From the NCBI GenBank assembly GCA_964016885.1, contig OZ024759.1, positions 1,736,001 to 1,800,000 of the forward strand: a DNA stretch of 64,000 nt. Reading direction: 5' to 3'. The notes beneath the pieces were generated by a model. It saw only the letters and a program-made list of their open reading frames with translations. It did not search any database and was not told the origin of the DNA. This document shows positions 13,901-29,700 of the stretch, one piece after another (position 1 is the first letter of the stretch; every line of letters begins with the position of its first letter). The DNA is from Eledone cirrhosa. Taxonomy: Eukaryota. The position numbers and the translations under genes were made by a program.

Positions 13901-16069
13901 ACACAGTCTATATTAGTAACATGACACAGTCTATATTAGTAACATGACAAAGTCTATATTAGTAACATGACAAAGTCTATATTAGTAACATGACAAAGTC
14001 TATATTAGTAACATGACAAAGTCTATATTAGTAGCATGACAAAGTCTGTATTAGTAACATGACAAAGTCTATATTAGTAACATGACAAAGTCTATATTAG
14101 TAACATGACAAAGTTTATATTAGTAACATGACACAGTCTATATTAGTAACATGACAAAGTCTATATTAGTAGCATGACAAAGTCTATATTAGTAACATGA
14201 CAAAGTCTATATTAGTAACATGACAACGTCTATATTAGTAACATGACAAAGTCTATATTAGTAACATGACAAAGTCTATATTAGTAACATGACACAGTCT
14301 ATATTAGTAACATGACAGTCTATATTATTAACATGACAGTCTACATTAGTAACATGACACAGTCTATATTAGTAACATGACAAAGTCGATATTAGTAACA
14401 TGACAATGTCTATATTAGTAACATGACAAAGTCTATATTAGTAATATGACAAAGTCTATATTAGTAAAATGACAAAGTCTATATTAGTAACATGACAAAG
14501 TCTTTATTAGTAACATGACACAGTCTATATTAGTAACATGACACAGTCTATATTAGTAACATGACAAAGTCTATATTAGTAACATGACAAAGTCTATATT
14601 AGTAACATGACACAGTCTATATTAGTAACATGACACAGTCTATATTAGTAACATGACAAAGTCTATATTAGTAACATGACAAAGTCTATATTAGTAACAT
14701 GACACAGTCTATATTAGTAACATGAGACAGTCTATATTAGTAGCATGACAAAGTCTATATTAGTAACATGACACAGTCTACATTAGTAACATGACAAAGT
14801 CTATATTAGTAACATGACACAGTCTATATTAGTAACATGAGACAGTCTATATTAGTAACATGACAAAGTCTATATTAGTAACATGACACAGTCTATATTA
14901 GTAACATGACACAGTCTATATTAGTAACATGACAAAGTCTATATTAGTAACATGACAAAGTCTATATTAGTAACATGACAAAGTCTATATTAGTAACATG
15001 ACACAGTCTATATTAGTAACATGACACAGTCTATATTAGTAACATGACAAAGTCTATATTAGTAACATGGCAAAGTCTATATTAGTAACATGACAAAGTC
15101 TATATTAGTAACATGACAAAGTCTATATTAGTAGCATGACACAGTCTATATTAGCAAAATGACAAAGTCTATATTAGTAACATGACACAGTCTATATTAG
15201 TAGCATGACAAAGTCTGTATTAGTAACATGACAAAGTCTATATTAGTAACATGACAAAGTCTATATTAGTAACATGACAAAGTCTATATTAGTAACATGA
15301 CACAGTCTATATTAGTAACATGACAAAGTCTATATTAGTAGTATGACAAAGTCTATATAAGTAACATGACAAAGTCTATATTAGTAACATGACAAAGTCT
15401 ATATTAGTAACATGACAAAGTCTATATTAGTAACATGACAAAGTCTATATTAGTAACATGACACAGTATATATTAGTAACATGACAGTCTATATTAGTAA
15501 CATGACAGTCTACATTAGTAACATGACACAGTCTATATTAGTAACATGACAAAGTCGATATTAGTAACATGACAATGTCTATATTAGTAACATGACAAAG
15601 TCTATATTAGTAACATGACACAGTCTATATTACTAACATGACACAGTCTATATTAGTAACATGACACAGTCTATATTAGTAACATGACAAAGTCTATATT
15701 AGTAACATGACAAAGTCTATATTAGTAACATGACAAAGTCTATATTAGTAACATGACACAGTCTATATTAGTAACATGACACAGTCTATATTAGTAGCAT
15801 GACACAGTCTATATTAGTAACATGATACAGTCTATATTAGTAACATGACAAAGTCTATATTAGTAACATGACAAAGTCTATATTAGTAAAATGACAAAGT
15901 CTATATTAGTAACATGACAAAGTCTTTATTAGTAAGATGACACAGTCTATATTAGTAACATGACACAGTCTATATTAGTAACATGACAAAGTCTATATTA
16001 GTAACATGACACAGTCTATATTAGTAACATCACACAGTCTATATTAGTAACATCACACAGTCTATATTA

Positions 16070-19000
16070 GTAACATGACAAAGTCTATATTAGTAACATG
16101 ACACAGTCTATATTAGTAACATCACACAGTCTATATTAGTAACATGACAAAGTCTATATTAGTAACATGACAAAGTCTATATTAGTAACATGACACAGTC
16201 TATATTAGTAACATGACACAGTCTATATTAGTAACATGACACAGTCTATATTAGTAACATGAGACAGTCTATATTAGTAGCATGACAAAGTCTATATTAG
16301 TAACATGACACAGTCTACATTAGTAACATGACAAAGTCTATATTAGTAACATGACACAGTCTATATTAGTAACATGACGAAGTCTATATTAGTAACATGA
16401 CACAGTCTATATTAGTAACATGACACAGTCTATATTAGTAACATGAAAAAGTCTATATTAGTAACATGACAAAGTCTATATTAGTAACATGACAAAGTCT
16501 ATATTAGTAACATGACAAAGTCTATATTAGTAGCATGACAAGTCTATATTAGCAACATGACAAAGTCTATATTAGTAACATGACACAGTCTATATTAGTA
16601 ACATGACACAGTCTATATTAGTAACATGACACAGTCTATATTAGTAACATGACAAAGTCTACATTAGTAACATGACAAAGTCTATATTAGTAACATGACA
16701 AGGTCTGTATTAGTAACATGACATAGTCTATATTAGTAGCATGACACAGTCTATATTAGTAACATGATACAGTCTATATTAGTAACATGACAAAGTCTAT
16801 ATTAGTAACATGACAAAGTCTATATTAGTAAAATGACAAAGTCTATATTAGTAACATGACAAAGTCTTTATTAGTAACATGACACAGTCTATATTAGTAA
16901 CATGACACAGTCTATATTAGTAACATGACAAAGTCTATATTAGTAACATGACAAAGTCTATATTAGTAACATGACAAAGTCTATATTAGTAGCATGACAA
17001 AGTCTGTATTTGTAACATGACAAAGTCTATATTAGTAACATGACAAAGTCTGTATTAGTAACATGACAAAGTCTATATTAGTAACATGACACAGTCTATA
17101 TTAGTAACATGACAAAGTCTATATTAGTAGCATGACAAAGTCTATATTAGTAACATGACAAAGTCTATATTAGTAACATGACAAAGTCTATATTAGTAAC
17201 ATGACAAAGTCTATATTAGTAACATGACAAAGTCTATATTAGTAACATGACAAAGTCTATATTAGTAACATGACACAGTCTATATTAGTAACATGACAGT
17301 CTATATTAGTAACATGACAGTCTACATTAGTAACATGACACAGTCTATATTAGTAACATGACAAAGTCGATATTAGTAACATGACAATGTCTATATTAGT
17401 AACATGACAAAGTCTATATTAGTAACATGACACAGTCTATATTACTAACATGACACAGTCTATATTAGTAACATGACACAGTCTATATTAGTAACATGAC
17501 AAAGTCTATATTAGTAACATGACAAAGTCTATATTAGTAACATGACAAAGTCTATATTAGTAACATGACACAGTCTATATTAGTAACATGACACAGTCTA
17601 TATTAGTAGCATGACACAGTCCATATTAGTAACATGACAAAGTCTATATTAGTAAAATGACAAAGTCTATATTAGTAACATGACAAAGTCTTTATTAGTA
17701 ACATGACACAGTCTATATTAGTAACATGACACAGTCTATATTAGTAACATGACAAAGTCTATATTAGTAACATAACAAAGTCTATATTAGTAACATGACA
17801 AAGTCTATATTAGTAACATGACAAAGTCTATATTAGTAACATGACACAGTCTATATTAGTAACATGACACAGTCTAGATTAGTAACATGACACAGTCTAT
17901 ATTAGTAACATGAGACAGTCTATATTAGTAGCATGACAAAGTCTATATTAGTAACATGACACAGTCTACATTAGTAACATGACAAAGTCTATATTAGTAA
18001 CATGACACAGTCTATATTAGTAACATGAGACAGTCTATATTAGTAACATGACAAAGTCTATATTAGTAACATGACACAGTCTATATTAGTAACATGACAA
18101 AGTCTATATTAGTAACATGACAAAGTCTATATTAGTAACATGACAAAGTCTATATTAGTAACATGACAAAGTCTATATTAGTAGCATGACACAGTCTATA
18201 TTAGCAACATGACAAAGTCTATATTAGTAACATGACACAGTCTATATTAGTAACATGACACAGTCTATATTAGTAACATGACACAGTCTATAATATTAAC
18301 ATGACAAAGTCTATATTAGTAACATGACACAGTCTATATTAGTAACATGAGACAGTCTATATTAGTAACATGACTAAGTCTATATTAGTAACATGACACA
18401 GTCTATATTAGTAACATGACACAGTCTATATTAGTAACATGACAAAGTCTATATTAGTTACATGACAAAGTCTATATTAGTAACATGACAAAGTCTATAT
18501 TAGTAACATGACACAGTCTATATTAGTAACATGACACAGTCTATATTAGTAACATGAAAAAGTCTATATTAGTAACATGACAAAGTCTATATTAGTAACA
18601 TGACAAAGTCTATATTAGTAAAATGACAAAGTCTATATTAGTAACATGACAAAGTCTTTATTAGTAAGATGACACAGTCTATATTAGTAACATGACACAG
18701 TCTATATTAGTAACATGACAAAGTCTATATTAGTAACATGACAAAGTCTATATTAGTAACATGACACAGTCTATATTAGTAACATCACACAGTCTATATT
18801 AGTAACATGACAAAGTCTATATTAGTAACATGACAAAGTCTATATTAGTAACATGACACAGTCTACATTAGTAACATGACAAAGTCTATATTAGTAACAT
18901 GACACAGTCTATATTAGTAACATGACGAAGTCTATATTAGTAACATGACACAGTCTATATTAGTAAAATGACAAAGTCTATATTAGTAACATGACAAAGT

Positions 19001-21543
19001 CTTTATTAGTAAGATGACACAGTCTATATTAGTAACATGACACAGTCTATATTAGTAACATGACAAAGTCTATATTAGTAACATGACAAAGTCTATATTA
19101 GTAACATGACACAGTCTATATTAGTAACATCACACAGTCTATATTAGTAACATGACAAAGTCTATATTAGTAACATGACAAAGTCTATATTAGTAACATG
19201 ACACAGTCTATATTAGTAACATGACACAGTCTATATTAGTAACATGACACAGTCTATATTAGTAACATGAGACAGTCTATATTAGTAGCATGACAAAGTC
19301 TATATTAGTAACATGACACAGTCTACATTAGTAACATGACAAAGTCTATATTAGTAACATGACACAGTCTATATTAGTAACATGACGAAGTCTATATTAG
19401 TAACATGACACAGTCTATATTAGTAACATGACACAGTCTATATTAGTAACATGAAAAAGTCTATATTAGTAACATGACAAAGTCTATATTAGTAACATGA
19501 CAAAGTCTATATTAGTAACATGACAAAGTCTATATTAGTAGCATGACAAGTCTATATTAGCAACATGACAAAGTCTATATTAGTAACATGACACAGTCTA
19601 TATTAGTAACATGACACAGTCTATATTAGTAACATGACACAGTCTATATTAGTAACATGACAAAGTCTACATTAGTAACATGACAAAGTCTATATTAGTA
19701 ACATGACAAGGTCTGTATTAGTAACATGACATAGTCTATATTAGTAGCATGACACAGTCTATATTAGTAACATGATACAGTCTATATTAGTAACATGACA
19801 AAGTCTATATTAGTAACATGACAAAGTCTATATTAGTAAAATGACAAAGTCTATATTAGTAACATGACAAAGTCTTTATTAGTAACATGACACAGTCTAT
19901 ATTAGTAACATGACACAGTCTATATTAGTAACATGACAAAGTCTATATTAGTAACATGACAAAGTCTATATTAGTAACATGACAAAGTCTATATTGGTAG
20001 CATGACAAAGTCTGTATTTGTAACATGACAAAGTCTATATTAGTAACATGACAAAGTCTGTATTAGTAACATGACAAAGTCTATATTAGTAACATGACAC
20101 AGTCTATATTAGTAACATGACAAAGTCTATATTAGTAGCATGACAAAGTCTATATTAGTAACATGACAAAGTCTATATTAGTAACATGACAAAGTCTATA
20201 TTAGTAACATGACAAAGTCTATATTAGTAACATGACAAAGTCTATATTAGTAACATGACAAAGTCTATATTAGTAACATGACACAGTCTATATTAGTAAC
20301 ATGACAGTCTATATTAGTAACATGACAGTCTACATTAGTAACATGACACAGTCTATATTAGTAACATGACAAAGTCGATATTAGTAACATGACAATGTCT
20401 ATATTAGTAACATGACAAAGTCTATATTAGTAACATGACACAGTCTATATTACTAACATGACACAGTCTATATTAGTAACATGACACAGTCTATATTAGT
20501 AACATGACAAAGTCTATATTAGTAACATGACAAAGTCTATATTAGTAACATGACAAAGTCTATATTAGTAACATGACACAGTCTATATTAGTAACATGAC
20601 ACAGTCTATATTAGTAGCATGACACAGTCCATATTAGTAACATGACAAAGTCTATATTAGTAAAATGACAAAGTCTATATTAGTAACATGACAAAGTCTT
20701 TATTAGTAACATGACACAGTCTATATTAGTAACATGACACAGTCTATATTAGTAACATGACAAAGTCTATATTAGTAACATGACAAAGTCTATATTAGTA
20801 ACATGACAAAGTCTATATTAGTAACATGACAAAGTCTATATTAGTAACATGACACAGTCTATATTAGTAACATGACACAGTCTAGATTAGTAACATGACA
20901 CAGTCTATATTAGTAACATGAGACAGTCTATATTAGTAGCATGACAAAGTCTATATTAGTAACATGACACAGTCTACATTAGTAACATGACAAAGTCTAT
21001 ATTAGTAACATGACACAGTCTATATTAGTAACATGAGACAGTCTATATTAGTAACATGACAAAGTCTATATTAGTAACATGACACAGTCTATATTAGTAA
21101 CATGACAAAGTCTATATTAGTAACATGACAAAGTCTATATTAGTAACATGACAAAGTCTATATTAGTAACATGACAAAGTCTATATTAGTAGCATGACAC
21201 AGTCTATATTAGCAACATGACAAAGTCTATATTAGTAACATGACACAGTCTATATTAGTAACATGACACAGTCTATATTAGTAACATGACACAGTCTATA
21301 ATATTAACATGACAAAGTCTATATTAGTAACATGACACAGTCTATATTAGTAACATGAGACAGTCTATATTAGTAACATGACTAAGTCTATATTAGTAAC
21401 ATGACACAGTCTATATTAGTAACATGACACAGTCTATATTAGTAACATGACAAAGTCTATATTAGTTACATGACAAAGTCTATATTAGTAACATGACAAA
21501 GTCTATATTAGTAACATGACACAGTCTATATTAGTAACATGAC
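16070..21543. repeat. Block duplication of about 2.47 kb at offset 3,008 (about 16070-18535 and 19078-21543)
   Basis: The 22-bp monomer at 16530/19538, GACATAG with T at 16724/19732, TAATATTAAC at 18291/21299 and the CATCAC monomer at 16116/19124 are all 3,008 apart. Confidence 0.88.
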
Positions 21544-23710
21544 GAAGTCTATATTAGTAACATGACACAGTCTATATTAGTAACATGACACAGTCTATAT
21601 TAGTAACATGAAAAAGTCTATATTAGTAACATGACAAAGTCTATATTAGTAACATGACAAAGTCTATATTAGTAACATGACAAAGTCTATATTAGTAGCA
21701 TGACACAGTCTATATTAGCAACATGACAAAGTCTATATTAGTAACATGACACAGTCTATATTAGTAACATGACACAGTCTATATTAGTAACATGACACAG
21801 TCTATATTAGTAACATGACAAAGTCTACATTAGTAACATGACTAAGTCTATATTAGTAACATGACAAGGTCTATATTAGTAACATGACACAGTCTATATT
21901 AGTAGCATGACACAGTCTATATTAGTAACATGATACAGTCTATATTAGTAACATGACAAAGTCTATATTAGTAACATGACACAGTCTATATTAGTAACAT
22001 GACAGTCTATATTAGTAGCATGACAGTCTACATTAGTAACATGACACAGTCTATATTAGTAACATGACAAAGTCGATATTAGTAACATGACAATGTCTAT
22101 ATTAGTAACATGACAAAGTCTATATTAGTAACATGACACAGTCTATATTACTAACATGACACAGTCTATATTAGTAACATGACAAAGTCTATATTAGTAA
22201 CATGACAAAGTCTATATTAGTAACATGACACAGTCTATATTAGTAACATGACACAGTCTATATTAATAGCATGACACAGTCTATATTAGTAACATGATAC
22301 AGTCTATATTAGTAACATGACAAAGTCTATATTAGTAATATGACAAAGTCTATATTAGTAAAATGACAAAGTCTATATTAGTAACATGACAAAGTCTTTA
22401 TTAGTAACATGACACAGTCTATATTAGTAACATGACACAGTCTATATTAGTAACATGACAAAGTCTATATTAGTAACATGACAAAGTCTATATTAGTAAC
22501 ATGACACAGTCTATATTAGTAACATGACACAGTCTATATTAGTAACATGACAAAGTCTATATTAGTAACATGACAAAGTCTATATTAGTAACATGACACA
22601 GTCTATATTAGTAACATGACACAGTCTATATTAGTAACATGAGACAGTCTATATTAGTAGCATGACAAAGTCTATATTAGTAACATGACACAGTCTACAT
22701 TAGTAACATGACTAAGTCTATATTAGTAACATGACACAGTCTATATTAGTAACATGAGATAGTCTATATTAGTAACATGACAAAGTCTATATTAGTAACA
22801 TGACACAGTCTATATTAGTAACATGACACAGTCTATATTAGTAACATGACAAAGTCTATATTAGTAACATGACACAGTCTATATTAGTAACATGACGAAG
22901 TCTATATTAGTAACATGACACAGTCTATATTAGTAACATGACACAGTCTATATTAGTAACATGAAAAAGTCTATATTAGTAACATGACAAAGTCTATATT
23001 AGTAACATGACAAAGTCTATATTAGTAGCATGACAAAGTCTATATTAGTAACATGACAAAGTCTATATTAGTAACATGACAAAGTCTATATTAGTAACAT
23101 GACACAGTCTATATTAGTAACATAACAAAGTCTATATTAGTAGCATGACAAAGTCTATATTAGTAACAAGACAAAGTCTATATTAGTAACATGACAAAGT
23201 CTATATTAGTAACATGACAAAGTCTATATTAGTAACATGACAAAGTCGATATTAGTAACATGACAAAGTCTATATTAGTAACATGACACAGTATATATTA
23301 GTAACATGACAGTCTATATTAGTAACATAACAGTCTACATTAGTAACATGACACAGTCTATATTAGTAACATGACAAAGTCGATATTAGTAACATGACAA
23401 TGTCTATATTAGTAACATGACACAGTCTATATTAGTAACATGACACAGTCTATATTACTAACATGACACAGTCTATATTAGTAACATGAGACAGTCTATA
23501 TTAGTAACATGACTAAGTCTATATTAGTAACATGACACAGTCTATATTAGTAACATGACACAGTCTATATTAGTAACATGACAAAGTCTATATTAGTTAC
23601 ATGACAAAGTCTATATTACTAACATGACAAAGTCTATATTAGTAACATGAGACAGTCTATATTAGTAACATGACTAAGTCTATATTAGTAACATGACACA
23701 GTCTATATTA

Positions 23711-26700
23711 GTAACATGATACAGTCTATATTAGTAACATGACAAAGTCTATATTAGTTACATGACAAAGTCTATATTAGTAACATGACAAAGTCTATAT
23801 TAGTAACATGACACAGTCTATATTAGTAACATGACGAAGTCTATATTAGTAACATGACACAGTCTATATTAGTAACATGACACAGTCTATATTAGTAACA
23901 TGAAAAAGTCTATATTAGTAACATGACAAAGTCTATATTAGTAACATGACAAAGTCTATATTAGTAACATGACAAAGTCTATATTAGTAGCATGACACAG
24001 TCTATATTAGCAACATGACAAAGTCTATATTAGTAACATGACACAGTCTATATTAGTAACATGACACAGTCTATATTAGTAACATGACACAGTCTATATT
24101 AGTAACATGACAAAGTCTACATTAGTAACATGACAAAGTTTATATTAGTAACATGACAAAGTCTATATTAGTAAACTGACAAAGTCTATATTAGTAACAT
24201 GACAAAGTCTTTATTAGTAACATGACACAGTCTATATTAGTAACATGACACAGTCTATATTAGTAACATGACAAAGTCTATATTAGTAACATGACACAGT
24301 CTATATTAGTAACATGACACAGTCTATATTAGTAACATGACACAGTCTATATTAGTAACATGACAAAGTCTATATTAGTAACATGACAAAGTCTATATTA
24401 GTAACATGACAAAGTCTATATTAGTAGCATGACAAAGTCTGTATTAGTAACATGACAAAGTCTATATTAGTAACATGACAAAGTCTGTATTAGTAACATG
24501 ACAAAGTCTATATTAGTAACATGACACAGTCTATATTAGTAACATGACAAAGTCTATATTAGTAGCATGACAAAGTCTATATTAGTAACATGACAAAGTC
24601 TATATTAGTAACATGACAAAGTCTATATTAGTAACATGACAAAGTCTATATTAGTAACATGACAAAGTCTATATTAGTAACATGACAAAGTCTATATTAG
24701 TAACATGACACAGTCTATATTAGTAACATGACAGTCTATATTAGTAACATGACAGTCTACATTAGTAACATGACACAGTCTATATTAGTAACATGACAAA
24801 GTCGATATTAGTAACATGACAATGTCTATATTAGTAACATGACAAAGTCTATATTAGTAACATGACACAGTCTATATTACTCACATGACACAGTCTATAT
24901 TAGTAACATGACACAGTCTATATTAGTAATATGACAAAGTCTATATTAGTAACATGACAAAGTCTATATTAGTAACATGACAAAGTCTATATTAGTAACA
25001 TGACACAGTCTATAGTAGTAACATGACACAGTCTATATTAGTAGCATGACACAGTCCATATTAGTAACATGATACAGTCTATATTAGTAACATGACAAAG
25101 TCTATATTAGTAACATGACAAAGTCTATATTAGTAAAATGACAAAGTCTATATTAGTAACATGACAAAGTCTTTATTAGTAACATGACACAGTCTATATT
25201 AGTAACATGACACAGTCTATATTAGTAACATGACAAAGTTTATATTAGTAACATGACAAAGTCTATATTAGTAACATGACAAAGTCTATATTAGTAACAT
25301 GACAAAGTCTATATTAGTAACATGACACAGTCTATATTAGTAACATGACACAGTCTAGATTAGTAACATGACACAGTCTATATTAGTAACATGAGACAGT
25401 CTATATTAGTAGCATGACAAAGTCTATATTAGTAACATGACACAGTCTACATTAGTAACATGACAAAGTCTATATTAGTAACATGACACAGTCTATATTA
25501 GTAACATGAGACAGTCTATATTAGTAACATGACAAAGTCTATATTAGTAACATGACACAGTCTATATTAGTAACATGACAAAGTCTATATTAGTAACATG
25601 ACAAAGTCTATATTAGTAACATGACAAAGTCTATATTAGTAACATGACAAAGTCTATATTAGTAGCATGACACAGTCTATATTAGTAACATGACACAGTC
25701 TATATTAGTAACATGACACAGTCTATATTATTAACATGACAAAGTCTATATGAGTAACATTACACAGTCTATATTAGTAACATGAGTCAGTCTATATTAG
25801 TAACATGACTAAGTCTATATTAGTAACATGACACAGTCTATATTAGTAACATGACACAGTCTATATTAGTAACATGACAAAGTATATATTAGTTACATGA
25901 CAAAGTCTATATTAGTAACATGACAAAGTCTATATTAGTAACATGACACAGTCTATATTAGTAACATGACGAAGTCTATATTAGTAACATGACACAGTCT
26001 ATATTAGTAACATGACACAGTCTATATTAGTAACATGAAAAAGTCTATATTAGTAACATGACAAAGTCTATATTAGTAACATGACAAAGTCTATATTAGT
26101 AACATGACAAAGTCTATATTAGTAGCATGACACAGTCTATATTAGCAACATGACAAAGTCTATATTAGTAACATGACACAGTCTATATTAGTAACATGAC
26201 ACAGTCTATATTAGTAACATGACACAGTCTATATTAGTAACATGACAAAGACTACATTAGTAACATGACAAAGTCTATATTAGTAACATGACAAGGTCTA
26301 TATTAGTAACATGACACAGTCTATATTAGTAGCATGACACAGTCTATATTAGTAACATGATACAGTCTATATTAGTAACATGACAAAGTCTATATTAGTA
26401 ACATGACACAGTCTATATTAGTAACATGACAGTCTATATTAGTAACATGACAGTCTACATTAGTAACATGACACAGTCTATATTAGTAACATGACAAAGT
26501 CGATATTAGTAACATGACAATGTCTATATTAGTAACATGACAAAGTCTATATTAGTAACATGACACAGTCTATATTACTAACATGACACAGTCTATATTA
26601 GTAACATGACAAAGTCTATATTAGTAACATGACACAGTCTATATTAGTAACATGACACAGTCTATATTAGTAACATAACAAAGTCTACATTAGTAACATG

Positions 26701-29700
26701 ACAAAGTCTATATTAGTAACATGACAAGGTCTATATTAGTAACATGACACAGTCTATATTAGTAGCATGACACAGTCTATATTAGTAACATGATACAGTC
26801 TATATTAGTAACATGACAAAGTCTATATTAGTAACATGACACAGTCTATATTAGTAACATGACAGTCTATATTAGTAACATGACAGTCTACATTAGTAAC
26901 ATGACACAGTCTATATTAGTAACATGACACAGTCTAGATTAGTAACATGACACAGTCTATATTAGTAACATGAGACAGTCTATATTAGTAGCATGACAAA
27001 GTCTATATTAGTAACATGACACAGTCTACATTAGTAACATGACAAAGTCTATATTAGTAACATGACACAGTCTATATTAGTAACATGAGACAGTCTATAT
27101 TACTAACATGACAAAGTCTATATTAGTAACATGACACAGTCTATATTAGTAACATGACACAGTCTATATTAGTAACATGACAAAGTCTATATTAGTAACA
27201 TGACACAGTCTATATTAGTAACATGACGAAGTCTATATTAGTAACATGACACAGTCTATATTAGTAACATGACACAGTCTATATTAGTAACATGAAAAAG
27301 TCTCTATTAGTAACATGACAAAGTCTATATTAGTAACATGACAAAGTCTATATTAGTAACATGACAAAGTCTATATTAGTAGCATGACACAGTCTATATT
27401 AGCAACATGACAAAGTCTATATTAGTAACATGACACAGTCTATATTAGTAGCATGACAAAGTCTGTATTAGTAACATGACAAAGTCTATATTAGTAACAT
27501 GACAAAGTCTATATTAGTAACATGACAAAGTCTATATTAGTAACATGACAAAGTCTATATTAGTAACATGACACAGTCTATATTAGTAACATGACAGTCT
27601 ATATTAGTAACATGACAGTCTACATTAGTAACATGACACAGTCTATATTAGTAACATGACAAAGTCGATATTAGTAACATGACAATGTCTATATTAGTAA
27701 CATGACAAAGTCTATATTAGTAACATGACACAGTCTATATTAGTAACATGACAAAGTCTATATTAGTAACATGACAAAGTCTATATTAGTAACATGACAA
27801 AGTCTATATTAGTAACATGACACAGTCTATATTAGCAACATGACACAGTCTATATTAGTAGCATGACACAGTCCATATTAGTAACATGATACAGTCTATA
27901 TTAGTAACATGACAAAGTCTATATTAGTAACATGACAAAGTCTATATTAGTAAAATGACAAAGTCTATATTAGTAACATGACAAAGTCTTTATTAGTAAC
28001 ATGACACAGTCTATATTAGTAACATGACACAGTCTATATTAGTAACATGACAATGTCTATATTAGTAACATGACAAAGTCTATATTAGTAACATGACAAA
28101 GTCTATATTAGTAACATGACAAAGTCTATATTAGTAACATGACACAGTCTATATTAGTAACATGACACAGTCTAGATTAGTAACATGACACAGTCTATAT
28201 TAGTAACATGAGACAGTCTATATTAGTAGCATGACAAAGTCTATATTAGTAGCATGACACAGTCTATATTAGTAACATGACACAGTCTATATTAGTAACA
28301 TGACAAAGTCTACATTAGTAACATGACAAAGTCTATATTAGTAACATGACAAGGTCTATATTAGTAACATGACACAGTCTATATTAGTAGCATGACACAG
28401 TCTATATTAGTAACATGATACAGTCTATATTAGTAACATGACAAAGTCTATATTAGTAACATGACACAGTCTATATTAGTAACATGACAGTCTATATTAG
28501 TAACATGACAGTCTACATTAGTAACATGACACAGTCTATATTAGTAACATGACACAGTCTAGATTAGTAACATGACACAGTCTATATTAGTAACATGAGA
28601 CAGTCTATATTAGTAGCATGACAAAGTCTATATTAGTAACATGACACAGTCTACATTAGTAACATGACAAAGTCTATATTAGTAACATGACACAGTCTAT
28701 ATTAGTAACATGAGACAGTCTATATTACTAACATGACAAAGTCTATATTAGTAACATGACACAGTCTATATTAGTAACATGACACAGTCTATATTAGTAA
28801 CATGACAAAGTCTATATTAGTAACATGACACAGTCTATATTAGTAACATGACGAAGTCTATATTAGTAACATGACACAGTCTATATTAGTAACATGACAC
28901 AGTCTATATTAGTAACATGAAAAAGTCTCTATTAGTAACATGACAAAGTCTATATTAGTAACATGACAAAGTCTATATTAGTAACATGACAAAGTCTATA
29001 TTAGTAGCATGACACAGTCTATATTAGCAACATGACAAAGTCTATATTAGTAACATGACACAGTCTATATTAGTAGCATGACAAAGTCTGTATTAGTAAC
29101 ATGACAAAGTCTATATTAGTAACATGACAAAGTCTATATTAGTAACATGACAAAGTCTATATTAGTAACATGACAAAGTCTATATTAGTAACATGACACA
29201 GTCTATATTAGTAACATGACAGTCTATATTAGTAACATGACAGTCTACATTAGTAACATGACACAGTCTATATTAGTAACATGACAAAGTCGATATTAGT
29301 AACATGACAATGTCTATATTAGTAACATGACAAAGTCTATATTAGTAACATGATACAGTCTATATTAGTAACATGACAAAGTCTATATTAGTTACATGAC
29401 AAAGTCTATATTAGTAACATGACAAAGTCTATATTAGTAACATGACACAGTCTATATTAGTAACATGACGAAGTCTATATTAGTAACATGACACAGTCTA
29501 TATTAGTAACATGACACAGTCTATATTAGTAACATGAAAAAGTCTATATTAGTAACATGACAAAGTCTATATTAGTAACATGACAAAGTCTATATTAGTA
29601 ACATGACAAAGTCTATATTAGTAGCATGACACAGTCTATATTAGCAACATGACAAAGTCTATATTAGTAACATGACACAGTCTATATTAGTAACATGACA

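Noticed and set aside
25783-25789. Perfect AP-1 site TGAGTCA (also at about 31417, 43022, 51607 and 59188)
   Set aside because: It arises from one extra substitution in the GAGAC variant and was spread by block duplication. No gene is nearby and nothing supports function.
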